A stretch of DNA of 60,656 bases, counting the filler. It is 7 parts of 7 records of this genome, joined end to end, with 100 filler letters (N's around TTAATTAATTAA, not from the genome) between each part and the next. Parts side by side here need not be neighbours in the genome. Positions count along the whole stretch, not along the records: positions 41,513 to 53,825 come from SRR31156797_29162; positions 53,926 to 60,656 come from SRR31156797_29187; 5 more parts are not named here. The stretch is one strand, 5' to 3'. The notes below the pieces were generated by a model. That model did no database searches, was not told the DNA's origin, and saw nothing but the letters and a program-made list of their open reading frames with translations. Shown here piece by piece: positions 50,767-60,656 of the stretch (position 1 is the stretch's first letter; the number at the start of each line of letters is the position of its first letter). Position numbers and translations under genes: made by a program.

Positions 50767-51986
50767 GCCCGACTCTCTGCGTTAAATGTAAGGGCAAAGG
50801 TCTTTGTGGGCGACCACGATGCCCGATTCTGGAAAAATTCAAATCAATTGAATCTGTTGTTCCGTCTTCTTCAGGAGATACATCTATATTTGGAGCATCT
50901 CCTCCATCTGTATTCGTGGGCAGGTACAATTATCCTGATGTAAGGGCAGGACCCATGATACCACCACAGCTTACCGGGGATGAGGCAATACTTCTTGAGG
51001 ACCCAAAAGCTCTTTTGAAAATGAACATACAGGATGTCATTTCTTCCCGTTCGCAGCTTGTAAGGGCAAATACAGGTATCAATGTGAAGAAAGCCCGTTC
51101 TCCTGACAATCCGCTTATTGAAAGGTCACAGGAGCTGGCACTTTCAAAGAAACCGGTGGATACTGAAGCCTGGTTCAACAAACCTATCGCTAACAAGCTC
51201 AAGTTCGATAATGTTCTCACACCCATGGGTCCTTCAGGTGACCTGAAAAAATTCGATATTACTGAAAACCCGACTGTTCCTAAGAAAGTAGATTACCTTG
51301 TCTATGACGAGGAAGCTCTGGCAAAGGATGTGATATCCGAATTGTGGGACGGTAATATCCCTGCAGAGCATATATCCCGTCTGCTTTCCATAGGTCTGCT
51401 GGGTCAGGAAAGAAAGCTGGTCCCTACCCGCTGGTCCATAACAGCAGTTGACGATATGGTTGGCAAGGACCTCCTCCCTGGCATAAGGGATTATCAACAG
51501 ATTAGTGAGGTCACTGTTCTCAGTGGAGGTGTATTCGGTAATCACTTTGAGATTGTTCTTGTCCCCCGGCTGTTCTCCTTCGAGCTTATTGAGGTATGGA
51601 TGCCACGTACGGTCTGGTCAGGAGGAAACACCTGGATCGATTCAGATTACGAGGATTTTGGAGGGAAAAAGAAATATTCCAATCTCGCAGGAGGCTATTA
51701 TGCAGCCAGGCTTGGTGCACTTGAATATCTCCATTCCATACGCAGGCAGGCAACCGTTTTCATGGTAAGGGAGATTAGGCCTGAATACTGGGCACCCCTT
51801 GGTGTATGGGTGGTCAGGGAAGGTGTCAGGGAAGCCTGCAAAAGTGAACCCGAAAAGTTCGAGTCCGTTGATAAGGCACTGGAGGATATCTCTAACCGTT
51901 TGAAGACCCCCTCGTCAGAATGGATGGAAAAGGCAGCTATGTTGCCAGATGTCCGTTTCCAGAGGACTCTTGACTCGTTCTTCTAA
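50763..51986 (+). CDS. nreA: Nre family DNA repair protein
   Basis: N-terminal 'CVKCKG..LCGRPRCP', 'SPPSVFVG', 'LVPTRWSITAVD', C-terminal PIP box QRTLDSFF. Confidence 0.9.
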   Translation: MSPTLCVKCKGKGLCGRPRCPILEKFKSIESVVPSSSGDTSIFGASPPSVFVGRYNYPDVRAGPMIPPQLTGDEAILLEDPKALLKMNIQDVISSRSQLVRANTGINVKKARSPDNPLIERSQELALSKKPVDTEAWFNKPIANKLKFDNVLTPMGPSGDLKKFDITENPTVPKKVDYLVYDEEALAKDVISELWDGNIPAEHISRLLSIGLLGQERKLVPTRWSITAVDDMVGKDLLPGIRDYQQISEVTVLSGGVFGNHFEIVLVPRLFSFELIEVWMPRTVWSGGNTWIDSDYEDFGGKKKYSNLAGGYYAARLGALEYLHSIRRQATVFMVREIRPEYWAPLGVWVVREGVREACKSEPEKFESVDKALEDISNRLKTPSSEWMEKAAMLPDVRFQRTLDSFF

Positions 51987-52089
51987 AAACACTATATATT
52001 CTATTTATCTCTATATAGTATATGATAGGTACATTTATCTCTGTACTCTCCATTGCCATACAAAATCTATATAGTGGAGAATATTGTCG

Positions 52090-53121
52090 ATGAGTCTTTT
52101 TGATCCTCTCGTATTATTACTGGTTGCAGCAGGTCTGTATATGGCATGGAACATAGGTGCCAATGACCTTGCTAATGCAATGGGAACGTCAGTAGGCAGT
52201 GGTGCACTGTCTATCAAACAAGTAATTATCATTGCAGCTGTTTTTGAGTTTGCAGGTGCCGTGCTATTTGGTAAAAGGGTTACTTCGACCATTGCTAAAG
52301 GTATTGTACCTATTGATTCTATTCTTGATCCGCACCTTGTGGCCGTGGGAATGCTTGCAGCCATTTTGGCAGCAGGTTTCTGGATCACCCTTGCCACTTT
52401 CTACAATCTGCCTGTCTCAACCACACACTCGATCGTAGGCGCAGTCCTTGGTTTTGGCCTGATGTCCGCATACAGCGGTATAATTGGATTTGGCGATATC
52501 AAGTGGGCAGTACTCGGTAAGATCGTAGGTAGCTGGCTGGTATCGCCGCTTCTTGGAGCTTTGATAGCCTTCATCATATTTTCTATTATCAGATACTTTA
52601 TACTCCAGAAGGCAGACGATCCCTATTACATCGAGAAGAAGTTCGTTATCCTGCAGATAATGACCGCATGTTACATCGCTTTTGCACATGGTTCCAATGA
52701 TGTTGCAAATGCTGTTGGTCCTCTCTACGCAGGTCTTCACTCACTGGAGATGGCTGGTCTTCAGATCCCTATATGGGTGATGATCATTGGTGGTATTGGA
52801 ATGGTAGTAGGTCTTGCTACCTGGGGATATCGCGTCATAGAGACCATAGGTACACGTATCACTGAACTCACCCCGACACGTGGCTTCTCTGCAGAGTTTG
52901 CCACTGCATCTGTTGTGGTCCTGCACAGTTACAGCTCCCTGCCCATCTCGACAACACACACACTAGTTGGTTCTGTCATTGGTGTCGGACTTGCAGGCGG
53001 ACTTGCAGCAGTTGATTTAAGTGTGATCGGTAAGATAATTGTATCCTGGGTAGTTACTGTGCCGATTGCGGCACTCACGTCTGCTCTTCTATTTGCAGGA
53101 TTGCTGGGAGTTGGAATATGA
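52090..53121 (+). CDS. PiT family inorganic phosphate transporter
   Basis: 'GANDLAN' and 'HGSNDVANA' signature repeats, 'PVSTTH'. Confidence 0.93.
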   Translation: MSLFDPLVLLLVAAGLYMAWNIGANDLANAMGTSVGSGALSIKQVIIIAAVFEFAGAVLFGKRVTSTIAKGIVPIDSILDPHLVAVGMLAAILAAGFWITLATFYNLPVSTTHSIVGAVLGFGLMSAYSGIIGFGDIKWAVLGKIVGSWLVSPLLGALIAFIIFSIIRYFILQKADDPYYIEKKFVILQIMTACYIAFAHGSNDVANAVGPLYAGLHSLEMAGLQIPIWVMIIGGIGMVVGLATWGYRVIETIGTRITELTPTRGFSAEFATASVVVLHSYSSLPISTTHTLVGSVIGVGLAGGLAAVDLSVIGKIIVSWVVTVPIAALTSALLFAGLLGVGI

Positions 53122-53810
53122 TTAGAAAAGACTATATCCGTTCAGTACTGGACGTATTTGCAAGTTCACCTTTCAAACCGCTTGTTGTTCATGCGAACAA
53201 AGGTGGGGATTGTGTAAGGAAACTCAATGAATCGCTCATCGCTTTTTGTAATGGCAATATGGCTGTTGTGGAAGAACTGAGTCAGCAGATCGATGTGATC
53301 GAGCATGAGGCGGACGTAATAAAGCAGACTATTCGCTCAGAACTGTCTTCGTCTATCATGCTTCCTGTACATGCAGATGACCTGCTCAATTTCCTGAAAC
53401 CTCAGGACTCCATATCAGATGATGCACAGGAAGTGGCATTCTGGCTTACTGTAAGGAAGTTCGAAGCACCTGACAATGTACGTGATGGTTTCAGAGAACT
53501 TATGGCAAAGACACTTGCTACAGTGGAAATGTATGAGGAGCTTGTATCAACTATCAGTGAACTACTGGAGACTTCTTTTAGCAAAAAGGAAGTTGAGGAA
53601 ACTCTTGAGCTTGTAGTAAAAGTAGAGGAAATGGAGCATAAGGTAGATGTCATTGAAAAGGAGCTTGTGAAGTTGATCTTCATCAATGAAGACAATATAG
53701 GCCCAAACGGTGTGTACCACCTTTCCCGTCTTGTTAGGGGTATTGGCGATATTGCAGACAAGGCAGAGCACGCTGCTGACAGATTAAGGACAATGATCCT
53801 GAGAAGGTGA
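53118..53810 (+). CDS. DUF47/PhoU-like phosphate transport regulator (TIGR00153-like)
   Basis: 'IEHEAD', 'MEHKVD', 'IADKAE'; ATGA-coupled to pit. Confidence 0.88.
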   Translation: MIRKDYIRSVLDVFASSPFKPLVVHANKGGDCVRKLNESLIAFCNGNMAVVEELSQQIDVIEHEADVIKQTIRSELSSSIMLPVHADDLLNFLKPQDSISDDAQEVAFWLTVRKFEAPDNVRDGFRELMAKTLATVEMYEELVSTISELLETSFSKKEVEETLELVVKVEEMEHKVDVIEKELVKLIFINEDNIGPNGVYHLSRLVRGIGDIADKAEHAADRLRTMILRR

Positions 53811-53825
53811 TCACCTTCTCAGGAT
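53796..53825. repeat. Perfect 30-bp palindrome at the contig end
   Basis: ATCCTGAGAAGGTGA|TCACCTTCTCAGGAT, centred just after the stop codon. Confidence 0.8.
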
Positions 53826-53925
53826 NNNNNNNNNNNNNNNNNNNNNNNNNNNNNNNNNNNNNNNNNNNNTTAATTAATTAANNNNNNNNNNNNNNNNNNN
53901 NNNNNNNNNNNNNNNNNNNNNNNNN
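53826..53925. other. Artificial contig spacer
   Basis: N44-TTAATTAATTAA-N44. Confidence 0.98.
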
Positions 53926-54510
53926 AGGTATACTCAGTTCCTGCTTGATCTTCTTCACGTGGTCGTGGCCCGCCTTCCCCGAATACTGCTGCTGCCTCGT
54001 TCTTCCATGCACGGTTAGCGCAGATGCACCAGCACTCTCTATCAGGTGGGCTATTTCCAGTGTCTTTTCCATGTCTTCCAGGATGCGTATCTTTGCGGTC
54101 ACAGGCGTGGAGAGATTCTCCGAGAGGCTGCTGACTATATCATATATCAGTTCAGGTGTCTTCAGGAGTGCAGATCCGCAGCCATCCTTTGTCAAGAGTC
54201 TTGCAGGACAGCCAAAATTGATATCAATAATCTCAGGCCGGTACATTTCCTCTATCCGAAGAGCTGCCTTTGTCATAACTTCTGGGGAGTTGCCAAATAT
54301 CTGAATTCCCAGTGGCCGTTCGTCCTCGCAGCTCATACCGCGGGTAAGTGTTTTCTGATTCTCGTATATGACAGCGTCTGCACTAATCATTTCAGAATAT
54401 GTGATGGACGCTCCGTATCTTCTGCACATGAGACGGAACGGCAGGTTCGTCACATTTGCCATTGGCGCAAGAAGGACGTTTCCGGGGATATTTAGGTCTG
54501 CAATCTTCAT
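53926..54510 (-). CDS. dusB: tRNA-dihydrouridine synthase (3' truncated)
   Basis: 'LAPMA', 'IDINFGCP', 'GSALL', 'VTAKIR', 'VHGRT'. Confidence 0.9.
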
Positions 54511-54696
54511 GGGAATCTGATGTAATATTATCGACAGTCAAGAACAGTCGATGTCTAGCAAGTATATTAATGATATTCAGGAACATTTCTATCGAAGGGT
54601 ATACTAATATATAAGTAGGATGTATGGAAAATTCTATTGAACTCATCCGAAATATCATTTATTCTTTAAATATTACAAAATAGAACAGGTTCATCC

Positions 54697-55233
54697 ATGA
54701 CTAAAATCTTAGCTTTTGTTGGAATGCCGGCCTCGGGCAAATCAGAGGCAGCATCCGTTCTGCGCCAGAAAGGTATCACTGTTATCAATATGGGAGATGT
54801 CATCAGGGAAGAGGTCGTCCGCAGAGGACTGGAACCCACCGATGCCAATACAGGCGGCGTAGGCACCGACCTTCGTGAGAAGGAAGGCAGGGATGCCGTT
54901 GCGAAGAGATGCATCCCCAAGATCAAAGCTACAAATGAAGATTTCATTGGTATTGATGGTGTGCGCAGCGTTCCTGAAGTCGAGAGATTCAAAGAGGCAT
55001 TTGGAGATGACTTCACACTTGTGTCGGTGGATTCCCCTCTTGAGATAAGGTTCCAGCGTGTCCTTGCCCGTAAGAGATGTGATGATATGAAGGATATAAG
55101 TGAGCTGAAGGTCAGGGACGAGCGCGAACTTGGCTGGGGTATGGGCGAGGCAATGGAGGTTGCTGACCTTGTTGTTGAGAACAATGGTACCCTTGAGGAA
55201 TTTGTGGAAAGGATCACAGCACTTCTTAAATAA
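54697..55233 (+). CDS. Archaeal dephospho-CoA kinase-like NMP kinase (UPF0200)
   Basis: 'GMPASGKS', 'MGDVIRE', 'IDGVRS', 'RDERELGWG'. Confidence 0.82.
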   Translation: MTKILAFVGMPASGKSEAASVLRQKGITVINMGDVIREEVVRRGLEPTDANTGGVGTDLREKEGRDAVAKRCIPKIKATNEDFIGIDGVRSVPEVERFKEAFGDDFTLVSVDSPLEIRFQRVLARKRCDDMKDISELKVRDERELGWGMGEAMEVADLVVENNGTLEEFVERITALLK

Positions 55234-55259
55234 AACCAGGACACAGGGGCATTGATAAC

Positions 55260-55700
55260 ATGATAAAGGTTACAGTTTCAACAGTTGTAAATCCTACTGA
55301 GAGCAAGGACAAGGTATGTTCTGCCCTGAACCGGCTATTCCCGGAAATTGACTTTGACTATGAGGAAGTCTCAGAAAATAGTAGCTTCACAGGTGAGGGT
55401 GATATCTATGCCCTGAAGCATATCCATAACCAGATCAGGACAGAGGAGATCATTGACACTTCCCGGACAAGGCTCAATGTAGGATTGTCAGAGGATGGTC
55501 TTGAAACCTCTTTTATCATCAGTAAGCAGGTTGCAACGGTTGGTCGTCTGAACTATCCTGCCCAGGCAGAACCCCTTGGTTCTATAGATGTGACTATCGA
55601 AGCAGACAATGAGTCAGAAATGGATAGATTCATTGACTGGCTGACTCCACCCACCGAAGATGGTGTAGCGGATTTTGAAATGGATATAAAGGATGTGTAA
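55260..55700 (+). CDS. UPF0201 RNA-binding domain protein
   Basis: 'VNPTESKDKV', 'KQVATVG', 'IDWLTPPTEDG'. Confidence 0.8.
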   Translation: MIKVTVSTVVNPTESKDKVCSALNRLFPEIDFDYEEVSENSSFTGEGDIYALKHIHNQIRTEEIIDTSRTRLNVGLSEDGLETSFIISKQVATVGRLNYPAQAEPLGSIDVTIEADNESEMDRFIDWLTPPTEDGVADFEMDIKDV

Positions 55701-55701
55701 A

Positions 55702-56475
55702 ATGAATATCAGGAACCTGAGCTTTTCATCACGTGCAGTTGTTGAAGAACCTTTTGAATGGGCTTACAGCCTTGAGGATGTTGGATACACCGGCTGGGAG
55801 ATAGTTCAGGAGGGTCTGCAGTGTCTCACAGAAGAGAACCTGCCAAAGGTCAGGGATGTCAAAGAGACCACCAACCTGAAATTGAGCATGCACCTCCCAT
55901 TCTCAGATATGAATCTTGCAGGCCTGAACCCTGGTATTCACGGTGAGGTTATGAGGCAGATGAAACACTACCTCAGTATGGCATCAGGTCTTATTGAAGT
56001 AGCTGTGCTGCATCCGGGTTATCTCTCACCTTACGGTTCTAAACTGCCTGAAAAGGCATGGGATACCTGCATAGAGTCAGTTCAGATCCTGTGTGACTAC
56101 TCGGCAGATATGGGAATCACCATAGCTGTGGAGAACATGCCGAATTTCCCTAAGATATTTGGTCGCTATCCCGATGAGATGCTGGACATACTCGAACAGG
56201 TAGACAGGGGTAACGTGGGTATGACTCTTGACGTGGGACACGCAAACACCATGGGACTTCTGGATGAGTTTGTAGCCAAGTGCAAGAGCAAGCTCTCACA
56301 TATGCATATCCACGACAACAACGGTGCACACGACGAGCACCTCCCAATAGGACAGGGCAACATAGACTGGAAAAAACTCATGGAAGGACTGTCAGGTTAC
56401 AAGGGACTCATGGTCACTGAGATGGGTAGCGTCGATGAGGGCAGGCAGTGTATTGAGTATTTGAAATCTCTCTAA
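55702..56475 (+). CDS. Sugar phosphate isomerase/epimerase (AP endonuclease 2 TIM barrel)
   Basis: 'HLPF', 'HPG', 'VENMP', 'LDVGHA', 'HIHDN...DEHL'; alternative start 55693. Confidence 0.85.
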   Translation: MNIRNLSFSSRAVVEEPFEWAYSLEDVGYTGWEIVQEGLQCLTEENLPKVRDVKETTNLKLSMHLPFSDMNLAGLNPGIHGEVMRQMKHYLSMASGLIEVAVLHPGYLSPYGSKLPEKAWDTCIESVQILCDYSADMGITIAVENMPNFPKIFGRYPDEMLDILEQVDRGNVGMTLDVGHANTMGLLDEFVAKCKSKLSHMHIHDNNGAHDEHLPIGQGNIDWKKLMEGLSGYKGLMVTEMGSVDEGRQCIEYLKSL

Positions 56476-56535
56476 TCACTGAATAGAAAAAGTGTGAACT
56501 AAGTATAGAACAGAACGAGTTCTCTATTTTTTTTC

Positions 56536-56706
56536 TTATTCTTCCAGCCTGCCATGCCTGCGGTCTATATCGTCAAGCTGGTCCAGCATCTTACGCAGAG
56601 CTGTCCTTATGGCATCGGCCTGTGTAACGAACTTCTTGTTATCACCGATATGCTGATTTAAGTCGTCAAGAAGTTCTTGGGGAATGTCAACACTCACTTT
56701 TGGCAT
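56536..56706 (-). CDS. Ribbon-helix-helix (CopG/Arc/MetJ) protein, 56 aa (absent from the ORF track)
   Basis: MPKVSVDIPQELLDDLNQHIGDNKKFVTQADAIRTALRKML...; GGTGA RBS. Confidence 0.88.
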   Translation of the reverse strand: MPKVSVDIPQELLDDLNQHIGDNKKFVTQADAIRTALRKMLDQLDDIDRRHGRLEE

Positions 56707-56793
56707 ACTTTCACCTTTATAATGCGCGTTAATGGATAAACTAACGGATATAGATAAAACTGGTGGCTTGAAATTTTATAAGTCCCGGAAACA

Positions 56794-58578
56794 TTAATCC
56801 TGTTTAATTGGTATCTCAAAAGAAAAAGATGAGCCTTTTCCAAGCTCGCTTTCAAACCATATATTTCCATCGTGCATTTCCACAAACTTCTTGACAAGAG
56901 CAAGTCCCAGCCCGGTACCTCCATATTTTCTTTTGTTTGATGCATCAACCTGTGTGAAAGGTTTGAATATCTCTTCCTGTGTACCAGCAGGTATCCCTAT
57001 TCCGTTATCTGAAACTGAAATGTATATCTTATTATTGCCTTTTCTGCAAACAATAGAGATTTCACCGTATTCCGGAGTAAATTTTATGGCATTACTGAGC
57101 AGGTTGAACATTATCTGTTGGATTCTCATTTTGTCGGCAAATATACTGAACTTCCCTACTTCATCCGTGAAAGAGATCTCTATGTTCTTTTTATCTGCTA
57201 GTGGATATATGGAATCTTTTACTTCAGTCAGTACGTGGGATATAGGAAAATACTCACATTCAAGTCCAACTTTTCCAGCTTCCACTTTTGAAAGATCAAG
57301 GATGTCATTTATAATCTGAAGGAGGTGTCTCCCGTTATTGTGTATTCGGTATACATATCCACGTTGTTCAGAATTGAGGCTGCCTGATATTTCTGTATCC
57401 AGTATATCTGAAAATCCTATTATGGCAGTAAGAGGTGTGCGCAATTCATGACTCATGTTAGCCAGAAAAGCACTTTTTGCAGCATTAGCTGCTTCTGCCC
57501 TGGTTGCCAGAACATTGGCTTTTTCAGTTGCTTCACGGAGTTCCTCCTCATCACTCTTGCGTTTGGTGATATCACTTATTATCACCATTTGTCCCATTGT
57601 GTTCCTGCGTTTGTCATGTAATGGCAGGAACGTGACACTGAACCAGAATGTAGAATCCTTGATATTTTCCCTGACCTCTATGATGTCTATATCGCTTGAA
57701 TCGGAGTTTCTTTCTAAAAGATTACACCATGGCTTCTGCAAATCGGAAATCTTGATTCCTATATCATTTGCTTCAATATTCAGGTTCTGTACGGTGGAGT
57801 TATTGTAATCCACTATTCTATTCTCTTTATCAAAAACGATGACAGTGTCAGGAAGATTCTCAAAAAGCAGTCCTCTGGCAAGGGGAGTGAGGTTAAACAG
57901 TTTGTATCGGGTAAATCCTATGTATATTATTATAGCACTCAATGTAAGAGAAAAGGGAGAGGGATCAATGCCCCAGGGTGCCATTCCAGCCAGATGGATA
58001 ACAAGGGCTGAAAGTGGAATGGAAGAACCGATCATTACAATAGTTATCTGCTTACGGAAGACAGAGAGGGTTCCACGTAGTGTGGTTAAAAGCAAACTGA
58101 GACTAAGAATGGTACAGAGGATAGCGTATGAGTGATGCATCCAGTACCATATACCGGGCTCATAATCCAGTACCGGGAAAAGACCATCGTAATTCATGTA
58201 CAAGGCCCTGTGGAAAAATGCGTGATATTCTGTGGTAAAGACAAGTATGACAGTCGTGAGAGATATACAAAAGAAAATGAGTATTAAAGGTATTGGAAGC
58301 CAGTTCCTTTTGCCGGTGTAATTCATCGTGAACAGCAGAAAGAATAAAGGGATAAAAGCTACTCCTATATATTCCAGCTTGTAATATATCAGGACTGTTT
58401 GAAGGTCCGTAGAAGATATCTCAAATGCATAAAAGAATGTATAATATGCGATTGAAACCAGGAGCATGGAGATGTACTTTGATCCAGGAGTGCTCTTGTA
58501 GTCCCTTACATAATAAAGAAGAATGCAAGCGATGGTGCACATTATGAACAAAGGTATCGAGTAAATATTGAAGTACAT
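56794..58578 (-). CDS. Sensor histidine kinase (7TM N-domain, PAS, HisKA, HATPase)
   Basis: Seven TM segments, PAS '[11 protein letters not shown]', H-box 'MSHELRTPL', '[10 protein letters not shown]', 'GGTGLGL'. Confidence 0.93.
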   Translation of the reverse strand: MYFNIYSIPLFIMCTIACILLYYVRDYKSTPGSKYISMLLVSIAYYTFFYAFEISSTDLQTVLIYYKLEYIGVAFIPLFFLLFTMNYTGKRNWLPIPLILIFFCISLTTVILVFTTEYHAFFHRALYMNYDGLFPVLDYEPGIWYWMHHSYAILCTILSLSLLLTTLRGTLSVFRKQITIVMIGSSIPLSALVIHLAGMAPWGIDPSPFSLTLSAIIIYIGFTRYKLFNLTPLARGLLFENLPDTVIVFDKENRIVDYNNSTVQNLNIEANDIGIKISDLQKPWCNLLERNSDSSDIDIIEVRENIKDSTFWFSVTFLPLHDKRRNTMGQMVIISDITKRKSDEEELREATEKANVLATRAEAANAAKSAFLANMSHELRTPLTAIIGFSDILDTEISGSLNSEQRGYVYRIHNNGRHLLQIINDILDLSKVEAGKVGLECEYFPISHVLTEVKDSIYPLADKKNIEISFTDEVGKFSIFADKMRIQQIMFNLLSNAIKFTPEYGEISIVCRKGNNKIYISVSDNGIGIPAGTQEEIFKPFTQVDASNKRKYGGTGLGLALVKKFVEMHDGNIWFESELGKGSSFSFEIPIKQD

Positions 58579-58709
58579 CTTTGTTTCCTGTTTTATTGGA
58601 TAAGTGTATTCAAATAATCACCTGTTATAAAAGCATCGTATATATAATTACATTTTTAAACTTATAAATTTACGTAATTATTGCATATTGTTCTTTTATT
58701 AAATTTTCG

Positions 58710-59005
58710 GCTCTGTAGAAATCCTGCAAATTCCAACCTTGAACTAAGCAATTTTCAATCGCTGCCTTTATTCATTACTCTTCAGAACAATAGTCAAAGA
58801 ACGTGCCGCATGCAGTGGATGGTCGCAGTGTTCTTTGTTTGTCAATGATTTTTTGTAGGGCTATCAGAAACGCAATGTTGCCTTCAACTCTTTTTCTGAA
58901 CACCGGTAATTGAAAACCGCAATTTTTCCCACAAAATTGATAGCCCACAATCATGATAGCATGTACAATCGCATGAGTCATTCAAATAAAGATTTTCTAC
59001 AGAGC
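58710..59005. mobile_element. MITE or internally deleted IS (probably IS5-like), about 296 bp
   Basis: Terminal inverted repeats GCTCTGTAGAAA / TTTCTACAGAGC; similar flanks TAAATTTTC and TAAATTTCC; no transposase ORF. Confidence 0.7.
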
Positions 59006-59105
59006 TAAATTTCCCACAATATTTCAGGTTGTATTTTCGAACAAGTTTTAGAGGAAAAATTAGAATAAAGAACCAAATATGATAAGAAAAAGAGATTGTA
59101 AGATG

Positions 59106-59179
59106 CGAGCCGGAAGGGAGTTGAACCCCTGGCCTACGGATTAAGAGTCCGTCGCTCTGCCTGGCTAAGCTACCGGCCC
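59106..59179 (-). tRNA. tRNA-Lys(CTT), intronless, CCA not encoded
   Basis: Cloverleaf: acceptor GGGCCGG/CCGGCTC, anticodon arm ACGGA-CTCTTAA-TCCGT, T-loop TTCAACT. Confidence 0.95.
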
Positions 59180-60038
59180 GCGTTGTTCTGCTCAGTTGAG
59201 CGAGACATCCATACGTATTAGCCTGATATATACGTTTCGGTAAAAAGCTTTCAAAAACATGAGATTCCTCACAAAATTCATGATTTTTGGTGGCTTGTTT
59301 TCTATGACTTGAAAAAAATATTGGGCGGCATTATTTGCAGGTAACGTGGATATCAGTAAGAAAATGTCTGACTCGCAAAATTAGGTTTTTCGTTACTAAC
59401 CTTCAACTACAGCATGGTTATAATAGCAGTCTATCTGCAAGATTCAAACTGATTACGGGTATATTCCATTTTTTGATGCTGTAAAGAACAATTCCTGTCA
59501 TGACACATGACATTAAAGCTGCTATCAATGAAGTTACAAAAAAGGAGTACGAGAGTTTCATTAAAATAAGATAGAAAAAAGCGAACCTATCCCTGCAATA
59601 ATGGATACTTTCGAATTTTTAAATAAAAACTGAGAAAAAACGAGTCCTATTGAGAAAGGTATTACAGCTAATATAATTATATAAATAATAACGAATCCCA
59701 AAGTAGGTACATTAGTCATATTTGCTCCCCGGATAGATATTCATTGAATTCTACATAGTGTGAAATGAATGTTACTTATCCAAGTAACTCATAGGACAAT
59801 AGAATAAGTTTGTGAAGACTATCTGGGAAAATAGCTCTGCTTTAGTTTTCAATGCTCAAACATGCTTTACAACACACTGTGACACTCCCATTCTCTCGTC
59901 TTATCACTTTTATCAGAGTTTTCTACTATTGTTTGTCTTTTTTCAGGTATCTGATACGTTTCTCAAATTCCAGAACTATCTGATAAAACAGAAACTTTAT
60001 TTATAAGAAAATGTAACTATATTATTAAGGAATTTATA

Positions 60039-60554
60039 ATGCGTTGTCACAATTGTAGTAGTTTTAATGAAGCCACTGAAGTCTTGTGTGGAAAATGTCG
60101 TAAACCTACCGGTGTCCCTCCTTATGCAGGCTATTGGAAAAGATGGGGTGCCTGTAGAATTGATGGAGCATATTTGTTCGCCTTGGATTTTGTTATCATA
60201 GTAGGTGCACAGATCATTGGAGGTTTTATGAATTGGTTAATTTCAGATCTTATTTTGTTTTTGATTATTCTGTTTGCTCTACTTATTGACCTGCTTTATT
60301 ATGTAGGCTTTGAAAGCTCAACATATCAGGCAACACCCGGTATGAAGTCAGTTGGCATTAAAGTAACAGACCTTAAAGGCAATAGAATATCTGTTAGAAG
60401 GGCAACAGTTAGAAATTTTCTAAAAGGGATTTTTGGAATGGGCTTTCTAACTGTCATTTTCTCCAAAAAGAAACAGGGTCTGCATGATATGGCTACCGGA
60501 ACAATATTAATCCACGAAAATTTCCCAAAGGAAGGCTTTGATTATCTTTTCTGA
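60039..60554 (+). CDS. RDD family membrane protein with N-terminal zinc ribbon
   Basis: CxxC...CxxC, 'YAGYWKRWGACRID', 'QATPGMK', 'QGLHDMATGT'. Confidence 0.88.
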   Translation: MRCHNCSSFNEATEVLCGKCRKPTGVPPYAGYWKRWGACRIDGAYLFALDFVIIVGAQIIGGFMNWLISDLILFLIILFALLIDLLYYVGFESSTYQATPGMKSVGIKVTDLKGNRISVRRATVRNFLKGIFGMGFLTVIFSKKKQGLHDMATGTILIHENFPKEGFDYLF

Positions 60555-60559
60555 AAAGG

Positions 60560-60584
60560 GTTCTGTAGAAATCCTCATTTGAAT
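60560..60584. mobile_element. Additional end of the same IS/MITE family
   Basis: GTTCTGTAGAAATCCTCATTTGAAT resembles the reverse complement of the MITE right end, GCTCTGTAGAAAATCTTTATTTGAAT. Confidence 0.6.
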
Positions 60585-60656
60585 ACAGAGGCAAAGTTTA
60601 AACAATCAATTATTTTTCATTTTTTAGGATCGCGCCGGCTTCGCCGGACCCTTCGG

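Noticed and set aside
42514-55244. Long antisense ORFs over cdc48, purL, iscS and the kinase
   Set aside because: Shadows of well-conserved genes on the opposite strand.
59106-59179. Pyrrolysine tRNA or amber readthrough in the methanogen contigs
   Set aside because: The anticodon is CTT (Lys), not CTA, with a canonical cloverleaf; no gene here needs TAG readthrough.
58775-60006. ORFs 58775-58981 and 59812-60006
   Set aside because: No RBS or motifs; one lies inside the MITE and the other in AT-rich intergenic DNA.

Overview
This window is not one genome. It is seven unrelated metagenomic contigs joined by six artificial 100-bp spacers (N44-TTAATTAATTAA-N44). (1) 1-7453, GC-rich spirochaete-like: thioredoxin, SGNH hydrolase, oppBCDF. 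(2) 7554-20221, AT-rich Bacteroidales: tcdA, tatD, recO, porZ, rdgB, U32 plus ferredoxin, atpDC. (3) 20322-25582, Bacteroidales: MpaA-like peptidase, acetate-CoA ligase, DPP11. (4) 25683-30791, a SusC/SusD locus. (5) 30892-41412, a probable large-phage or phage-plasmid fragment. (6) 41513-53825 and (7) 53926-60656, Methanosarcinaceae (Methanolobus-like) housekeeping DNA with cdc48, purL, iscSU, nreA, tRNA-Lys(CTT) and a MITE. Contig 5 is the most interesting. It encodes a sigma factor, ParA, DnaX-like clamp loader, DnaG primase, DNA methyltransferase, a 727-aa AAA+ protein carrying repeated (I/L)xE prohead-protease-like sites, and a divergent family A DNA polymerase. The polymerase has a degenerate UDG-like N-terminus, paired steric-gate (E710-equivalent to Q) and Y766-equivalent to F substitutions, and two large fingers insertions. 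Its intergenic DNA shows two promoter classes, each present twice in divergent pairs: a putative phage-sigma motif TTCTCTAAAAA-N12-TGTACTTA before replication genes, and host sigma70-type promoters. All taxonomic and family calls come from motif recognition only; no searches were run.
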